Below are positions 20,032 through 29,385 of a stretch of 64,000 nt of DNA, in pieces. How positions within the stretch are numbered: the stretch's first letter is position 1; the number at the start of each line of letters is the position of its first letter. Both the position numbers and the translations under genes were made by a program. The notes below the pieces were generated by a model. The model saw nothing but the letters and a program-made list of their open reading frames with translations. It was not told where the DNA came from and ran no database searches. The DNA is from a virus, in IMG/VR virus record IMGVR_UViG_3300012089_000001, positions 18,493 through 82,492 of that record; one strand, given 5' to 3'.

Positions 20032-20519
20032 TATAACAAATATTTTATTACTGGGTAGTATTTTTCTTTTAGCGCATCTGTTAATGTTTCCTCTTGCTCA
20101 AGATGATCTTTCATATCCGCCTGTTTAACGTAGAACGCCGCCTGCGAATAAAATCCGCCTTTTGTTGCAGTATCTCTAATTTTCTTAATATATGTTTCAT
20201 AAGAATCAACTTTTTTATCATGAGTAAGTAATTCTAAAGCTTGTTTCAAATAAGTTATATTAGAACCACTATCTATTGTATTAACAATAGTATCAATGTT
20301 GCAGTCTGTATCTTCTATCATGTCATGTATTAAAGCTAGAGAAAAAATTAATTCTCGCTCTATAATAGACATATAGACAGTTGTAGGACTATTAAAAACA
20401 TTGATTGCTACCCTTAAAGAGTGATCAAACTTTTCCTTTGGTAAATGTTCTTTACATAATATTATTGTTTCCATTATATTTACCACTTTATTATACCTCC
20501 CATTCGTTAAAAGGTTCAT
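20031..20519 (-). CDS. HD-domain phosphohydrolase, RelA/SpoT-HD/Mesh1-like
   Basis: HSLRVA, IHDMIEDT, LLTH, VKQADMKDHL. Confidence 0.75.
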   Translation of the reverse strand: MNLLTNGRYNKVVNIMETIILCKEHLPKEKFDHSLRVAINVFNSPTTVYMSIIERELIFSLALIHDMIEDTDCNIDTIVNTIDSGSNITYLKQALELLTHDKKVDSYETYIKKIRDTATKGGFYSQAAFYVKQADMKDHLEQEETLTDALKEKYYPVIKYLL

Positions 20520-20763
20520 AATATTTCAAATCCAGATATGAAAAATCTTTAATTTCTATATCCTCTAGATTTTCTTTTCCTCTGTCTAAAAGCATTTGTC
20601 CATATCCATCTTCTTCAATTTTATTTTTAATAAATTCTCCTATTGCGCCTCCATACCATATCCAATTGTCCACGCCGCCACATTCTAAAGCTTCAAGCTT
20701 GTTACTATCACTTATTAAGTCTAATAATTCAGATTCTGATATTATATATCTCTTTTCTTTCAT
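20491..20763 (-). CDS. Hypothetical protein
   Basis: LEALECGGVDNW.WY motif; start moved to MKEKR. Confidence 0.6.
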   Translation of the reverse strand: MKEKRYIISESELLDLISDSNKLEALECGGVDNWIWYGGAIGEFIKNKIEEDGYGQMLLDRGKENLEDIEIKDFSYLDLKYYEPFNEWEV

Positions 20764-20774
20764 ATTTTTCCTCC

Positions 20775-21314
20775 TTATTTGTAAAGTTCTGGATATTCTT
20801 CTTCCCAATCATCAAACCATTTTTCTGGTATATGACACCAAAAATTATCATCTCCATCCTCATCCCTAGCAACAATTCCAATTTCCCCTTTGTCACCATA
20901 AGGAATATCTTTGCAAACTCCCAAAAGAACTAAATTATTTCTTTTGAGTTCAAATGCTTGTTCGTAGGGATCTGCACAAACCCAACCATTCCACATTTCA
21001 TGATCTCCAATTTCATAAAAAGGCAATTCATTTTTAATCAGTTTAACAATCTCTTTCGCGCTTTCACGATACTTGGTCAAGATTTCTTCTTCTGTCAACT
21101 CTACTATAAATTTACAATCAGAAGAAATTACTCTTTCAGTATGATCATAATACATAGAAACAACTGTTATATAGGAAAGATTTGTATCTAATACTTCTGC
21201 GAGAAAGTAATTTGTTGTATTACTATACTTATCATAGTATCCTTTAATTATGTCACCTTTTTTTAATTGTCTCCAACCAACCTCTTTTACTTGGTATCCA
21301 AACATATAACCCAT
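20775..21314 (-). CDS. Hypothetical protein
   Basis: ORF with RBS and upstream promoter. Confidence 0.6.
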   Translation of the reverse strand: MGYMFGYQVKEVGWRQLKKGDIIKGYYDKYSNTTNYFLAEVLDTNLSYITVVSMYYDHTERVISSDCKFIVELTEEEILTKYRESAKEIVKLIKNELPFYEIGDHEMWNGWVCADPYEQAFELKRNNLVLLGVCKDIPYGDKGEIGIVARDEDGDDNFWCHIPEKWFDDWEEEYPELYK

Positions 21315-21388
21315 ATTTTATTATCACTCCTTTTCTTTCTATAATAATTATATCATAATTTTATATAAAAATAAAGCTAGAATTTCTT

Positions 21389-22576
21389 CTAGCTTTTCAA
21401 ATAAACTCCATCCCTTGTTTGTGAATAAGAATGATATTTCATAGGATACTTTGCTACAAAATCTTCTTGATATTCATTCATATGTGTAAAAGCAAGATTT
21501 TCTTTGATAATAAATTTTCCTTTAGCAGACAAAATATCTTTATTTACTCTTTTATTTAAATCCATGAAATTCAATTTCCCATATCTTAAATGATCTTGAA
21601 AAGGATTAGGAACATTTGTCATATCAACCATATTATCATAAAACTCTGTCTTATGACATTCTGTATCAAATCTTCCTACACCATGTCTTGTCATATAGGT
21701 ACGAGAAACATAACAAGCTTCTACTATCCCAGTATAATCCAGTCCATTTAAAATTTCTGTGGGATTAGAAAGGCCCGTATTACTCGGAGACAAGTGCGGA
21801 AAATAATCTCTATTATGCTGATCTAATAACAATCCTTGACCATTTTCAAAAATAACTGAATCATATCTATTTAATACTTCATCATTTGCAAAAGAAGAAT
21901 TGTTCATCATAAAGGAAAAGTCATCAATGAAATTAACTATTGCGGCATCACTAAGTAAAACATTAGTAAATTCAACAGAAATATTTTTTAATCCAAAGAT
22001 ATCAAATCTTTTTGGAACGTAGCTTTTTCTTATAAAATTAAGAAAATCTACTTTACTTATATAACTTAACTGATTAAATTCTCCAACAGTCATTCTAAGA
22101 GGGTTGTATTCAAAGGTGTTTACAAAATCAATCCCATTTTGATTTCTATATAAGGTTTCAAATATTCCAGATCCGCAACTACCATGCTTACCAGATCCTC
22201 GATCAATTTCAAGAACCTGATTAATAAGCATATCGTAGATAGTAGTTAATTTACAATTTGGATTAATATAAATTTCTGGCATTTTAAGATGTCTACTCAA
22301 ACTTTCATATTCTTTTCGAAAGTACGCGGGATTGACAATAAATTCCTTTGCGATATAGGTTGCTGCACCTACATAAGTTCCAGAACCAAAATGCTTAAAT
22401 ACATGACGATACCCCTCTGGAGTAACAACAGTGTGTCCTCTTTGCGCGCCACCATTATGCAAAACAACAACACAAGATTCATTGGCTTCTTTTGCTTTAT
22501 CCGCAAAATAATCAGTCATTAATCCTTTTCCTTCATCACCAAAATTTGCTCCTATAACTACTTTAATATCTTTCAT
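21389..22576 (-). CDS. Divergent adenylosuccinate synthetase (PurA)-like ligase
   Basis: GANFGDEGKG, NGGAQRGHTV, FENGQGLLLD, TYMTRHG; canonical TTGRxRR loop absent. Confidence 0.85.
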   Translation of the reverse strand: MKDIKVVIGANFGDEGKGLMTDYFADKAKEANESCVVVLHNGGAQRGHTVVTPEGYRHVFKHFGSGTYVGAATYIAKEFIVNPAYFRKEYESLSRHLKMPEIYINPNCKLTTIYDMLINQVLEIDRGSGKHGSCGSGIFETLYRNQNGIDFVNTFEYNPLRMTVGEFNQLSYISKVDFLNFIRKSYVPKRFDIFGLKNISVEFTNVLLSDAAIVNFIDDFSFMMNNSSFANDEVLNRYDSVIFENGQGLLLDQHNRDYFPHLSPSNTGLSNPTEILNGLDYTGIVEACYVSRTYMTRHGVGRFDTECHKTEFYDNMVDMTNVPNPFQDHLRYGKLNFMDLNKRVNKDILSAKGKFIIKENLAFTHMNEYQEDFVAKYPMKYHSYSQTRDGVYLKS

Positions 22577-22593
22577 TTTATTCCTTTCTTATA

Positions 22594-23496
22594 TTAAAAT
22601 GTAATTAAGTTACTTTCTGCAGAAGCAATTGCCAAATCATTAATTGCATTCTTTACAACTACAGAAGTAGATCCATCCCAAGAGTTAACTACAGTGTTAA
22701 CATCCTTTCCCGCGTGAAGCTCAAGAATAGAAACTATTACTTCTGGAATGTTATCAACATTTTCAACCATGATGGCATTTTTACCCAGTAGATTTCTCCA
22801 ACTTCCAGTTACATCTTGATTATAACAAGGTTCAACAATTAGATGATATACCTCGTACATTCGAGATACTTCTGTAAGTACTTCTTCCGCAGTCAAATCT
22901 TTTTCAATATCATCTCCAATAAATGTCTCAATCTGACTGGCCGTTAGTTCAGGATGGCAACATTCATCACCAATAGTAAATAAATAACCCTTTTGGCCTC
23001 TCTTATCAAAATTATCAAGTTTTGTATGTCTTGCCGCAAAATACCATGGTAAAGCATAAGATTCTCCGCCATTGCCACCGCCGCGCTTCTCAAAATAAAC
23101 ATCATTAAGCTGTTCTGCAATACGAATGTCTGATTCAAATTGTGTCACCTGTAGCGGCCTAGAGTCGCATCTTGCATCTCCAAAAGCTACAAACATGATT
23201 TGTGGATCTTCCACAGGTTTTCTTTCAAAAATTTCTGTAATTAAAAGATTTAATTTTTTACTGATTGTTTCCAAAACAGATCCCATACTTCCGGTCACAT
23301 CAAGACCTAGTATAATTGGATGAGAGTTAGGATGATCTGCACTATCACAACTTTCTCTAAATTTCACTCCTTTTGGATTAAAATCCGCTCTAATATCAAC
23401 TGATTTATATAAATCTTTTGCTGTTGATTGTGCTGTCATTCCTCTTGCATTTGAATAAGTAACCCAATCTTTGTTAGTCCAACTTCCTCCGCCCAT
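22594..23496 (-). CDS. von Willebrand factor A domain protein
   Basis: LGLDVTGSMG MIDAS, GGGNGGESY, FTIGDE. Confidence 0.85.
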   Translation of the reverse strand: MGGGSWTNKDWVTYSNARGMTAQSTAKDLYKSVDIRADFNPKGVKFRESCDSADHPNSHPIILGLDVTGSMGSVLETISKKLNLLITEIFERKPVEDPQIMFVAFGDARCDSRPLQVTQFESDIRIAEQLNDVYFEKRGGGNGGESYALPWYFAARHTKLDNFDKRGQKGYLFTIGDECCHPELTASQIETFIGDDIEKDLTAEEVLTEVSRMYEVYHLIVEPCYNQDVTGSWRNLLGKNAIMVENVDNIPEVIVSILELHAGKDVNTVVNSWDGSTSVVVKNAINDLAIASAESNLITF

Positions 23497-23510
23497 TTTA
23501 TTATCTCCTT

Positions 23511-24512
23511 TTAATTTTTTATATTATAAATTTCTTGTTTCGTTGTTTTTATCTTTATAAATCTTCTTTCTCCAAAACTTTTATCAAGTGCGGAATCCCA
23601 TTTATTTAATTCTTCTACTGAATTATCAAGGGTGCCAGAGTTAAGAAAATTTTTAAAGTCGTCTGGTAAATCTTTTTGATATGCTCTTCCAAAAGCTTTT
23701 ATTGATTCAATATCTGTTATAGATTTAGATATCTTCTCTGATTTAACTTTTGGTGGCATTAAATTGAAAATATTTTTTGTAGTTCCAATCATTGTTTCGT
23801 CTTCTTTTGTTGTAAACCACCAACCGCCATATAAGCAAATTGAATGAAATTTTGGACAAACGAACAAGTTATCGATCTCTATTCCATTGTTAACTAGATT
23901 GTTAAATTTAAGAAAACATCCTATATTTAATAGTCTAGTAATCATCCAGGCAAGATGCTTTGGCGGAACATCTCCTTTAAAGACATTATCAATAAAACAT
24001 CTTAATGGATATACGTCCGCGGGCTTGCTTATTAAAATTATGTGACTAGTGTTTGTGTCATATTCAGCTTCGATTGCTGGAAATAATTTCTTATAAAAAT
24101 CCTCCATCTTCTTATCTTCATATTTTAATTCATTTATTTGTTTGATATAATTATTATAATATATTTTTTTATTAAAATCAAATAAATAAATAATATGCTT
24201 GTCGCATACATAATACTCACCCAATTCAAAAGTATGATGATAGAAATAATTAATTTTAAGAGTTGTATTGGTTTTTGTTTTAATCTCCAAATAATTAGAT
24301 TTTTCCCAAATATTTTTATGAATCATATCTAATGCTTTATCATATAGCTGATTAAGTTTTTGAAAAGCATCCACTGCGCGCGGATCTTGGTTAGAATCCG
24401 GATGACAAATTTTACTAAGCTTTCTGTAATCTCTTTTTAAATTTTCTTCACCATTTGAGAATATATCTCCAACCTTTACATCTGAATCAAGAATTTTGTC
24501 AAGAAAATCCAA
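23511..24512 (-). CDS. J-domain protein fused to a degenerate protein-kinase-like domain
   Basis: YRKLSKICHPD..AFQKLNQLY; HLAWMITRLL..LVNNGI..DNLFV..GGWW. Confidence 0.75.
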   Translation of the reverse strand: MDFLDKILDSDVKVGDIFSNGEENLKRDYRKLSKICHPDSNQDPRAVDAFQKLNQLYDKALDMIHKNIWEKSNYLEIKTKTNTTLKINYFYHHTFELGEYYVCDKHIIYLFDFNKKIYYNNYIKQINELKYEDKKMEDFYKKLFPAIEAEYDTNTSHIILISKPADVYPLRCFIDNVFKGDVPPKHLAWMITRLLNIGCFLKFNNLVNNGIEIDNLFVCPKFHSICLYGGWWFTTKEDETMIGTTKNIFNLMPPKVKSEKISKSITDIESIKAFGRAYQKDLPDDFKNFLNSGTLDNSVEELNKWDSALDKSFGERRFIKIKTTKQEIYNIKN

Positions 24513-24515
24513 GCA

Positions 24516-25049
24516 TCACACCTCCTTCAAAAGAATAAACTTTTCTTTAAATTTATTAAACTGTTTTAATAATTTTTCATTTTGATATCGCCCAAAATCA
24601 AATATTGGAACATCATATTCTCTTGCAATTCTTAACGCTTGGCCAGTCCCACCATTACCTTGGCCGCGCAACGTCCAGCATAAAACAAAATTACATGGAT
24701 CATCGAGATTTATGCCAAGTATTTGATAGGAATTTCGCATCATTAATAACTTTCCAGCTTGTGACAATCTATCCCAAGCCGGATGAAATTTTTCAGCGAT
24801 ATCATAGGCCTCTCTTTCTCTAATTATAAGATTTGAATCTGATCCATTGAAATTTTTCCACGGAAGATAGATTTCTTTTTTACCAGAAGCTTTATCGCAA
24901 CCAAATTCAAATGCACTGTCCGCGCCAAAAGCATGCCCAGATCTAAGAATAAAATCTTTGCGAGCTAGACTGTGTGCAACTTGTTTCATATAATTCTGTA
25001 TAAATATAGGCGTATCTCTACTACCTATTCCAGCATAGCTATTACTCAT
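24516..25049 (-). CDS. SLOG superfamily (DprA/Smf-like) protein
   Basis: YAGIGSRDTP, LRSGHAFGAD, RNSYQILG, GGTGQA. Confidence 0.75.
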   Translation of the reverse strand: MSNSYAGIGSRDTPIFIQNYMKQVAHSLARKDFILRSGHAFGADSAFEFGCDKASGKKEIYLPWKNFNGSDSNLIIREREAYDIAEKFHPAWDRLSQAGKLLMMRNSYQILGINLDDPCNFVLCWTLRGQGNGGTGQALRIAREYDVPIFDFGRYQNEKLLKQFNKFKEKFILLKEV

Positions 25050-25869
25050 AATATTTACCTCTTGTGTATTCATTATACACAATATAATTCATATAAGAAT
25101 AAATAAGTCTATCTATTAATTCTTTATCTTTTGGTTCTTTAGCAGAATATTCATTTGTAAGCATTTCCATTTGATTTAAATAATTATCCACTTCACTTTC
25201 TATATTTCGTCTATTATGATCAAGACCATTAATATAATTTCCTTCTTTTAAAGAGATAATTTTTTCTCTGATTCTAGTTCCTGGAATCATCTTAATACAA
25301 CTTTTATAAGATTGGTGCTCAGGAAATATACCAGATGCTCTAAGATCAAGGTAGCGCATTACATGTCCAAAGTACAGAACTTTTCCAAAACTCTTTTCTG
25401 TACCATATGTTTTACTATGCTTTGCCTGACCATAAAGAGATTTAAACATAACTGGTAAATTACATCCAGCAATATCTTCTTTATATAAGTTAAAACAAGA
25501 ATTCCAAACTGTATATAAAATCTCATTGTCTCCAAAAACTACATAATCAGTGAATAAAATCTCTAAAAAGTTAATGTTTTGATTCTTCAATCCCTTTTCA
25601 GCAAAGTGTCTAATATCTTGGATAGAGCAAATTTCACCATTCTCAAAATGATAATCATAAGAATAGAATTTTTTACCCAGTAGAAAATCCTTTTTATCTG
25701 GAATAATTAACATTTTAGAGTCAATATCAGAATTTTCTGTGTCTAAATTATAATTCTGGCTTCCATAAAGGAAAATCCCAATTATGTTAAATTCATCAAT
25801 ATGCAGTTTGTTTATAATTTCATCCATCTGTTCTTCTAGCCTTTTTAAAATTTTCTCTTTTTTATCCAT
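25042..25869 (-). CDS. Pol-beta-like nucleotidyltransferase (RlaP/Nuc-transf-like)
   Basis: LYGSQNY.L....SDID; NINFLEILFT. Confidence 0.75.
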   Translation of the reverse strand: MDKKEKILKRLEEQMDEIINKLHIDEFNIIGIFLYGSQNYNLDTENSDIDSKMLIIPDKKDFLLGKKFYSYDYHFENGEICSIQDIRHFAEKGLKNQNINFLEILFTDYVVFGDNEILYTVWNSCFNLYKEDIAGCNLPVMFKSLYGQAKHSKTYGTEKSFGKVLYFGHVMRYLDLRASGIFPEHQSYKSCIKMIPGTRIREKIISLKEGNYINGLDHNRRNIESEVDNYLNQMEMLTNEYSAKEPKDKELIDRLIYSYMNYIVYNEYTRGKYYE

Positions 25870-25870
25870 T

Positions 25871-26224
25871 TTATTCTCCTTGATTAAAATAATAATGATA
25901 TCTGATATGTTCTCCATGTCTTTCACAATAAAATTCTACTGCCAAGAACTCCTCAACTAGATCGCGACAATGGATATGATCATAAGAGTCTTCCTTATGA
26001 CCCCTCATGACACATATATCACTAGCGACATCTAAAGGAGAACAAAGTTCAAAAAAACCTTCTAACATCAATTTTTTTGCTTCATCTTTAGTAATTTCTT
26101 CCTCTTCTAAAAGAAAAAATATATATAGAATATAAATCTCTCTTGGAATATAATATTCGTCTATATTATCTCCTAGACTAAGATCTATATCCCAAATTAT
26201 ATTTGAAAAATCTTTATTTTCCAT
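25871..26224 (-). CDS. Hypothetical acidic protein
   Basis: ORF downstream of a promoter. Confidence 0.55.
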   Translation of the reverse strand: MENKDFSNIIWDIDLSLGDNIDEYYIPREIYILYIFFLLEEEEITKDEAKKLMLEGFFELCSPLDVASDICVMRGHKEDSYDHIHCRDLVEEFLAVEFYCERHGEHIRYHYYFNQGE

Positions 26225-26408
26225 ATTTTAGCACTCCTTATTTTATTTATTATATATATTATAACATTTATTTTATTGGAATTCAATAGTATGTAATTTT
26301 CAAGCCAAAAATTTCCTGAGCTAATTTTTATTCTGCGGAGCGAGCCATATCTGCCCTGCAGCCTAAACAAAAAAACAGGAATGATTTTTTTCATCCCTGT
26401 TTGAATAA

Positions 26409-26852
26409 TTATGCACTATAGTAATGTAAATTTTCATCTTCTTCATTGCTTTCATGAACTGTTTTATAGTTATCAATAATATCAGTAGCATTATCGAGGG
26501 GATAAGCTTTGCTCAATAATTCTAGCAATTGAGATTCAGACAACCTATAGGTTCTTTCTACTCTTGTAAAATAAAAAATTTCATTGTTTTCAGATTCAAT
26601 AATTAATGTATTATTAGTAGCATTAAACATTGAAACATTCTTTATAATAAAAGAAGCAAATGCGTATCTATATCTAATACGTATCTCTGAATATTCTATT
26701 GGAGATATATTAACCAAAACAGGAGGATCATTTTCTTCCTTCTTAATATTCATGTAAAAGTTATCAATATCAGCATACAAAATTTCACCATTTTTATTAG
26801 TTACTTTTTCAAAGATATAGGTATCATTCTCATTACATTTTTTCATATTCAA
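26409..26852 (-). CDS. Hypothetical protein
   Basis: ORF with its own promoter and terminator. Confidence 0.55.
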   Translation of the reverse strand: MNMKKCNENDTYIFEKVTNKNGEILYADIDNFYMNIKKEENDPPVLVNISPIEYSEIRIRYRYAFASFIIKNVSMFNATNNTLIIESENNEIFYFTRVERTYRLSESQLLELLSKAYPLDNATDIIDNYKTVHESNEEDENLHYYSA

Positions 26853-26959
26853 ATTCCTTCTTTCTTTTTTTATTTATATATATATATTATAACATTTATT
26901 TTATTAAAATTCAATAAACAAAAAAAATGAAGAATGATTTTCATCATTCTTCATTAATA

Positions 26960-28510
26960 TTAAACAACTTCAGCATAGCGGTCGCTGTCCAACACATTTA
27001 ACATCAGATCTACTCCGGACTTGCCGCTTAATAGAGACTTGAATGTGCTAGTAGAGAATCCAGATACAAAAGAAACAGTGTTATCTGCCTTCTGTAGAAA
27101 TGTATCCTGGCGAGCTTGTAAATTCCAAAATACTAGCTTTGGCATTTCATATCCCGCGGCATTCCATTTCTTTCTCATGGATTCCATCATTGTATCAGCG
27201 TTCTCTCTTGTCCATGCATTTCTGCAATTGTTACTCCAGCCATTCCAGCGACTCCAGTGATCTCCTCCAGTACAGTTATCAATCTCCATGTCGCTGAGAA
27301 CAACAATTGTATTAGGTAAATCAGACTGAGACAAGTGATGCTTTTGCGCAGTAGTCAATACAAGATCAAAAGCAGATTCAAGGTTAGTATTTTCTACAAT
27401 AGAATTCTTATAGATCTTACTAGCCTTATCCACAAAATCAATTCCTGTAATTTCAACAAGAGAAGGACTTGATGAAAATGTTAAGAAGTGATCTTTGTAT
27501 GGCCCGCTTAGTCTTTCTGCACAGTACATCGAAAGCGCAATAGCTGGAAAAATTGGAGAATTGGCGTCTGATCCGGCCATTGATCCAGAAGTATCACACA
27601 TACATAAGAAACTTCCTTCATTGCCCTCAAAGTAATCTGGTACATTCTTCCAATATTTATTTATCATAGCCCGCTCAGTTTGTCTATCTGAGCGCTCTAA
27701 GCCATTTATATAACGGTTATCACGGTCATGAAAGATAGCTTTGTGAACTATTTCATGAACGAAGAGATCTTTTGCATTTACTTCAGTATTTTCATCCTTA
27801 GTAAATGCCTCATATTTCTTGGCAATAATATCTCTGCGCGCGAAGGCATTGCGATATTTAAAGCCAGCCTTAGAAGGAATCTTATCAAACTCAATTTCTT
27901 CCCAGCGTCCCTCTGACATTAACTTCTCAAGAACATTGATCTTTGTTCTTAGTTTAGTTAAAATCTTTCTGTAGCTCTTGTGTGAAAGACGAAGTGATTC
28001 TCTGGTCTTGAAACCAAGTATTTTTGTTTCCTTGCTAGATGCGTTTTCTGATTTCAGCCATTTTCCAAGCAAGCTTGGAGTTTCACACTGCATATCAAGG
28101 ATAAGCTGATTACCAAGAAACTCAAACATCTCTTTCTCAAGAGAAGTATCAACTAGGCAGTAGTAGTCATCCCAGCGACCCATATTGCTAATCTGTGCCA
28201 TATTTCTGCGGACGGTGTCTGGTTCATTTTTAGCTAGCCAGTTCAGAACAATTCTAAAGAATCTGCGCTCGCCTTGCCCGCCACGAATATCCCTTAAATA
28301 GAACAAACATTTCATTGCATATTTTTCATTTGCTCTGAACGCTTTCTGAAAAAGAGAAATACAATCGCTTTCATCTCTAGTTCTATATGCCCCACCAAGA
28401 GCAAAAAGATCTAGAACAGGGTTGAGGCTTGACTTATAAGCCAATCCACCATTCTCCGTAAGTTTCATGTTTGTTTCTGCTTTCAATCCATTAATTAAAT
28501 TTCCCATCAT
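26960..28510 (-). CDS. DUF2828-type TROVE/Ro60-like protein with C-terminal vWA domain
   Basis: TENG..AY.S, RDIRGGQGER, GRWDD, KWLKSEN, CDTSGSM MIDAS, TNLE.AF, SDMEID, FWNL, VSGFS. Confidence 0.85.
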   Translation of the reverse strand: MMGNLINGLKAETNMKLTENGGLAYKSSLNPVLDLFALGGAYRTRDESDCISLFQKAFRANEKYAMKCLFYLRDIRGGQGERRFFRIVLNWLAKNEPDTVRRNMAQISNMGRWDDYYCLVDTSLEKEMFEFLGNQLILDMQCETPSLLGKWLKSENASSKETKILGFKTRESLRLSHKSYRKILTKLRTKINVLEKLMSEGRWEEIEFDKIPSKAGFKYRNAFARRDIIAKKYEAFTKDENTEVNAKDLFVHEIVHKAIFHDRDNRYINGLERSDRQTERAMINKYWKNVPDYFEGNEGSFLCMCDTSGSMAGSDANSPIFPAIALSMYCAERLSGPYKDHFLTFSSSPSLVEITGIDFVDKASKIYKNSIVENTNLESAFDLVLTTAQKHHLSQSDLPNTIVVLSDMEIDNCTGGDHWSRWNGWSNNCRNAWTRENADTMMESMRKKWNAAGYEMPKLVFWNLQARQDTFLQKADNTVSFVSGFSTSTFKSLLSGKSGVDLMLNVLDSDRYAEVV

Positions 28511-28719
28511 TTTTTCTCCTTATCTTTGTCAAGATTTATTTTATGAATGTCCAACGTGCCACCACCCACAAAAGTAACATTTATAGCTTCGTATTGTGTT
28601 CCAGTCATACTAGAATTAGTTAATTTTTCTGCTCTTTTTTCAGCTTTTACTTTGTTAAAGAATTTCTTTTTGATTTTTCCAGTACGTTTATTTCTATGTT
28701 GAGATATATTTTTATGCAT
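28507..28719 (-). pseudogene. Small basic zinc-finger protein, apparently frameshifted near 28586
   Basis: Shifted frame reads YKCYFCGWWHVGHS then stop at 28541. Confidence 0.55.
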
Positions 28720-28797
28720 TTCTTTTCCTCTTTACGCGGGCTGGCGGTATGTCGATAACTATACTAGCCTTGTTATCGACATACCTCTTTGCCGCAC

Positions 28798-29088
28798 CTA
28801 ATGCTCCTCTGAAATGACAATTGCGTTATAAATAATTACTCTTTTACCATATTGATCATCAAAGTAAACTTTTGTATCATTTTCAGAAATGTCAAATTTA
28901 CCATCCCACTCCCTGATTACATCTCCATTATAGTCATAAACAGTAACTGTTCTATTAAGACCGCCAGACATATCACTGGAAAGAGATTTCTTCATCCTAC
29001 TACAGGAAGAGCAACCTCCTAATAATCCAGATACACATATAATTGATACTAGTAATGCTCTTTTTAACATTTTCTTTTTCTTAGTCAT
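28798..29088 (-). CDS. Small lipoprotein
   Basis: Lipobox LLGGC; GGLNRTVTVYDYNG. Confidence 0.7.
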   Translation of the reverse strand: MTKKKKMLKRALLVSIICVSGLLGGCSSCSRMKKSLSSDMSGGLNRTVTVYDYNGDVIREWDGKFDISENDTKVYFDDQYGKRVIIYNAIVISEEH

Positions 29089-29203
29089 TTGAGATATCCT
29101 CTTTTCTTTTTCTTATATAATTATTATATCATTATTTTTCAAAAAAATAAAGTAGAACATTTAATCTAATTATTTATTAAACATTCTACTATTGTTGAGG
29201 TTA

Positions 29204-29275
29204 AGTCTGGTTGGGGATTTGAACCCCAGCCTAGGGTGTTGCAGACCCTCGTTCTACCAACTGGACTAACCAGAC
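29204..29275 (-). tRNA. tRNA-Cys(GCA)
   Basis: Cloverleaf; AGGGT-CTGCAAC-ACCCT. Confidence 0.92.
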
Positions 29276-29282
29276 ATTATTA

Positions 29283-29341
29283 CAAGACACTAAAAATAAT
29301 TTTTCCACCAGGATTTTATAATTTTTGCTGTTTGTGTCTTT
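29283..29341 (-). ncRNA. CAGCAA hairpin RNA, copy 1
   Basis: AAAGACAC-AAACAGCAA...GTGTCTTG. Confidence 0.7.
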
Positions 29342-29385
29342 ATTTTAATCTGTTGTTTCTAACCTGTAATTCTTAACTCTTGTAA

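Noticed and set aside
21389-22576. PurZ / Z-genome (2-aminoadenine) pathway
   Set aside because: The catalytic Asp is retained (GDEGKG, not GSxGKG) and no DatZ/MazZ partner is adjacent; treated as a distinct PurA-like clade
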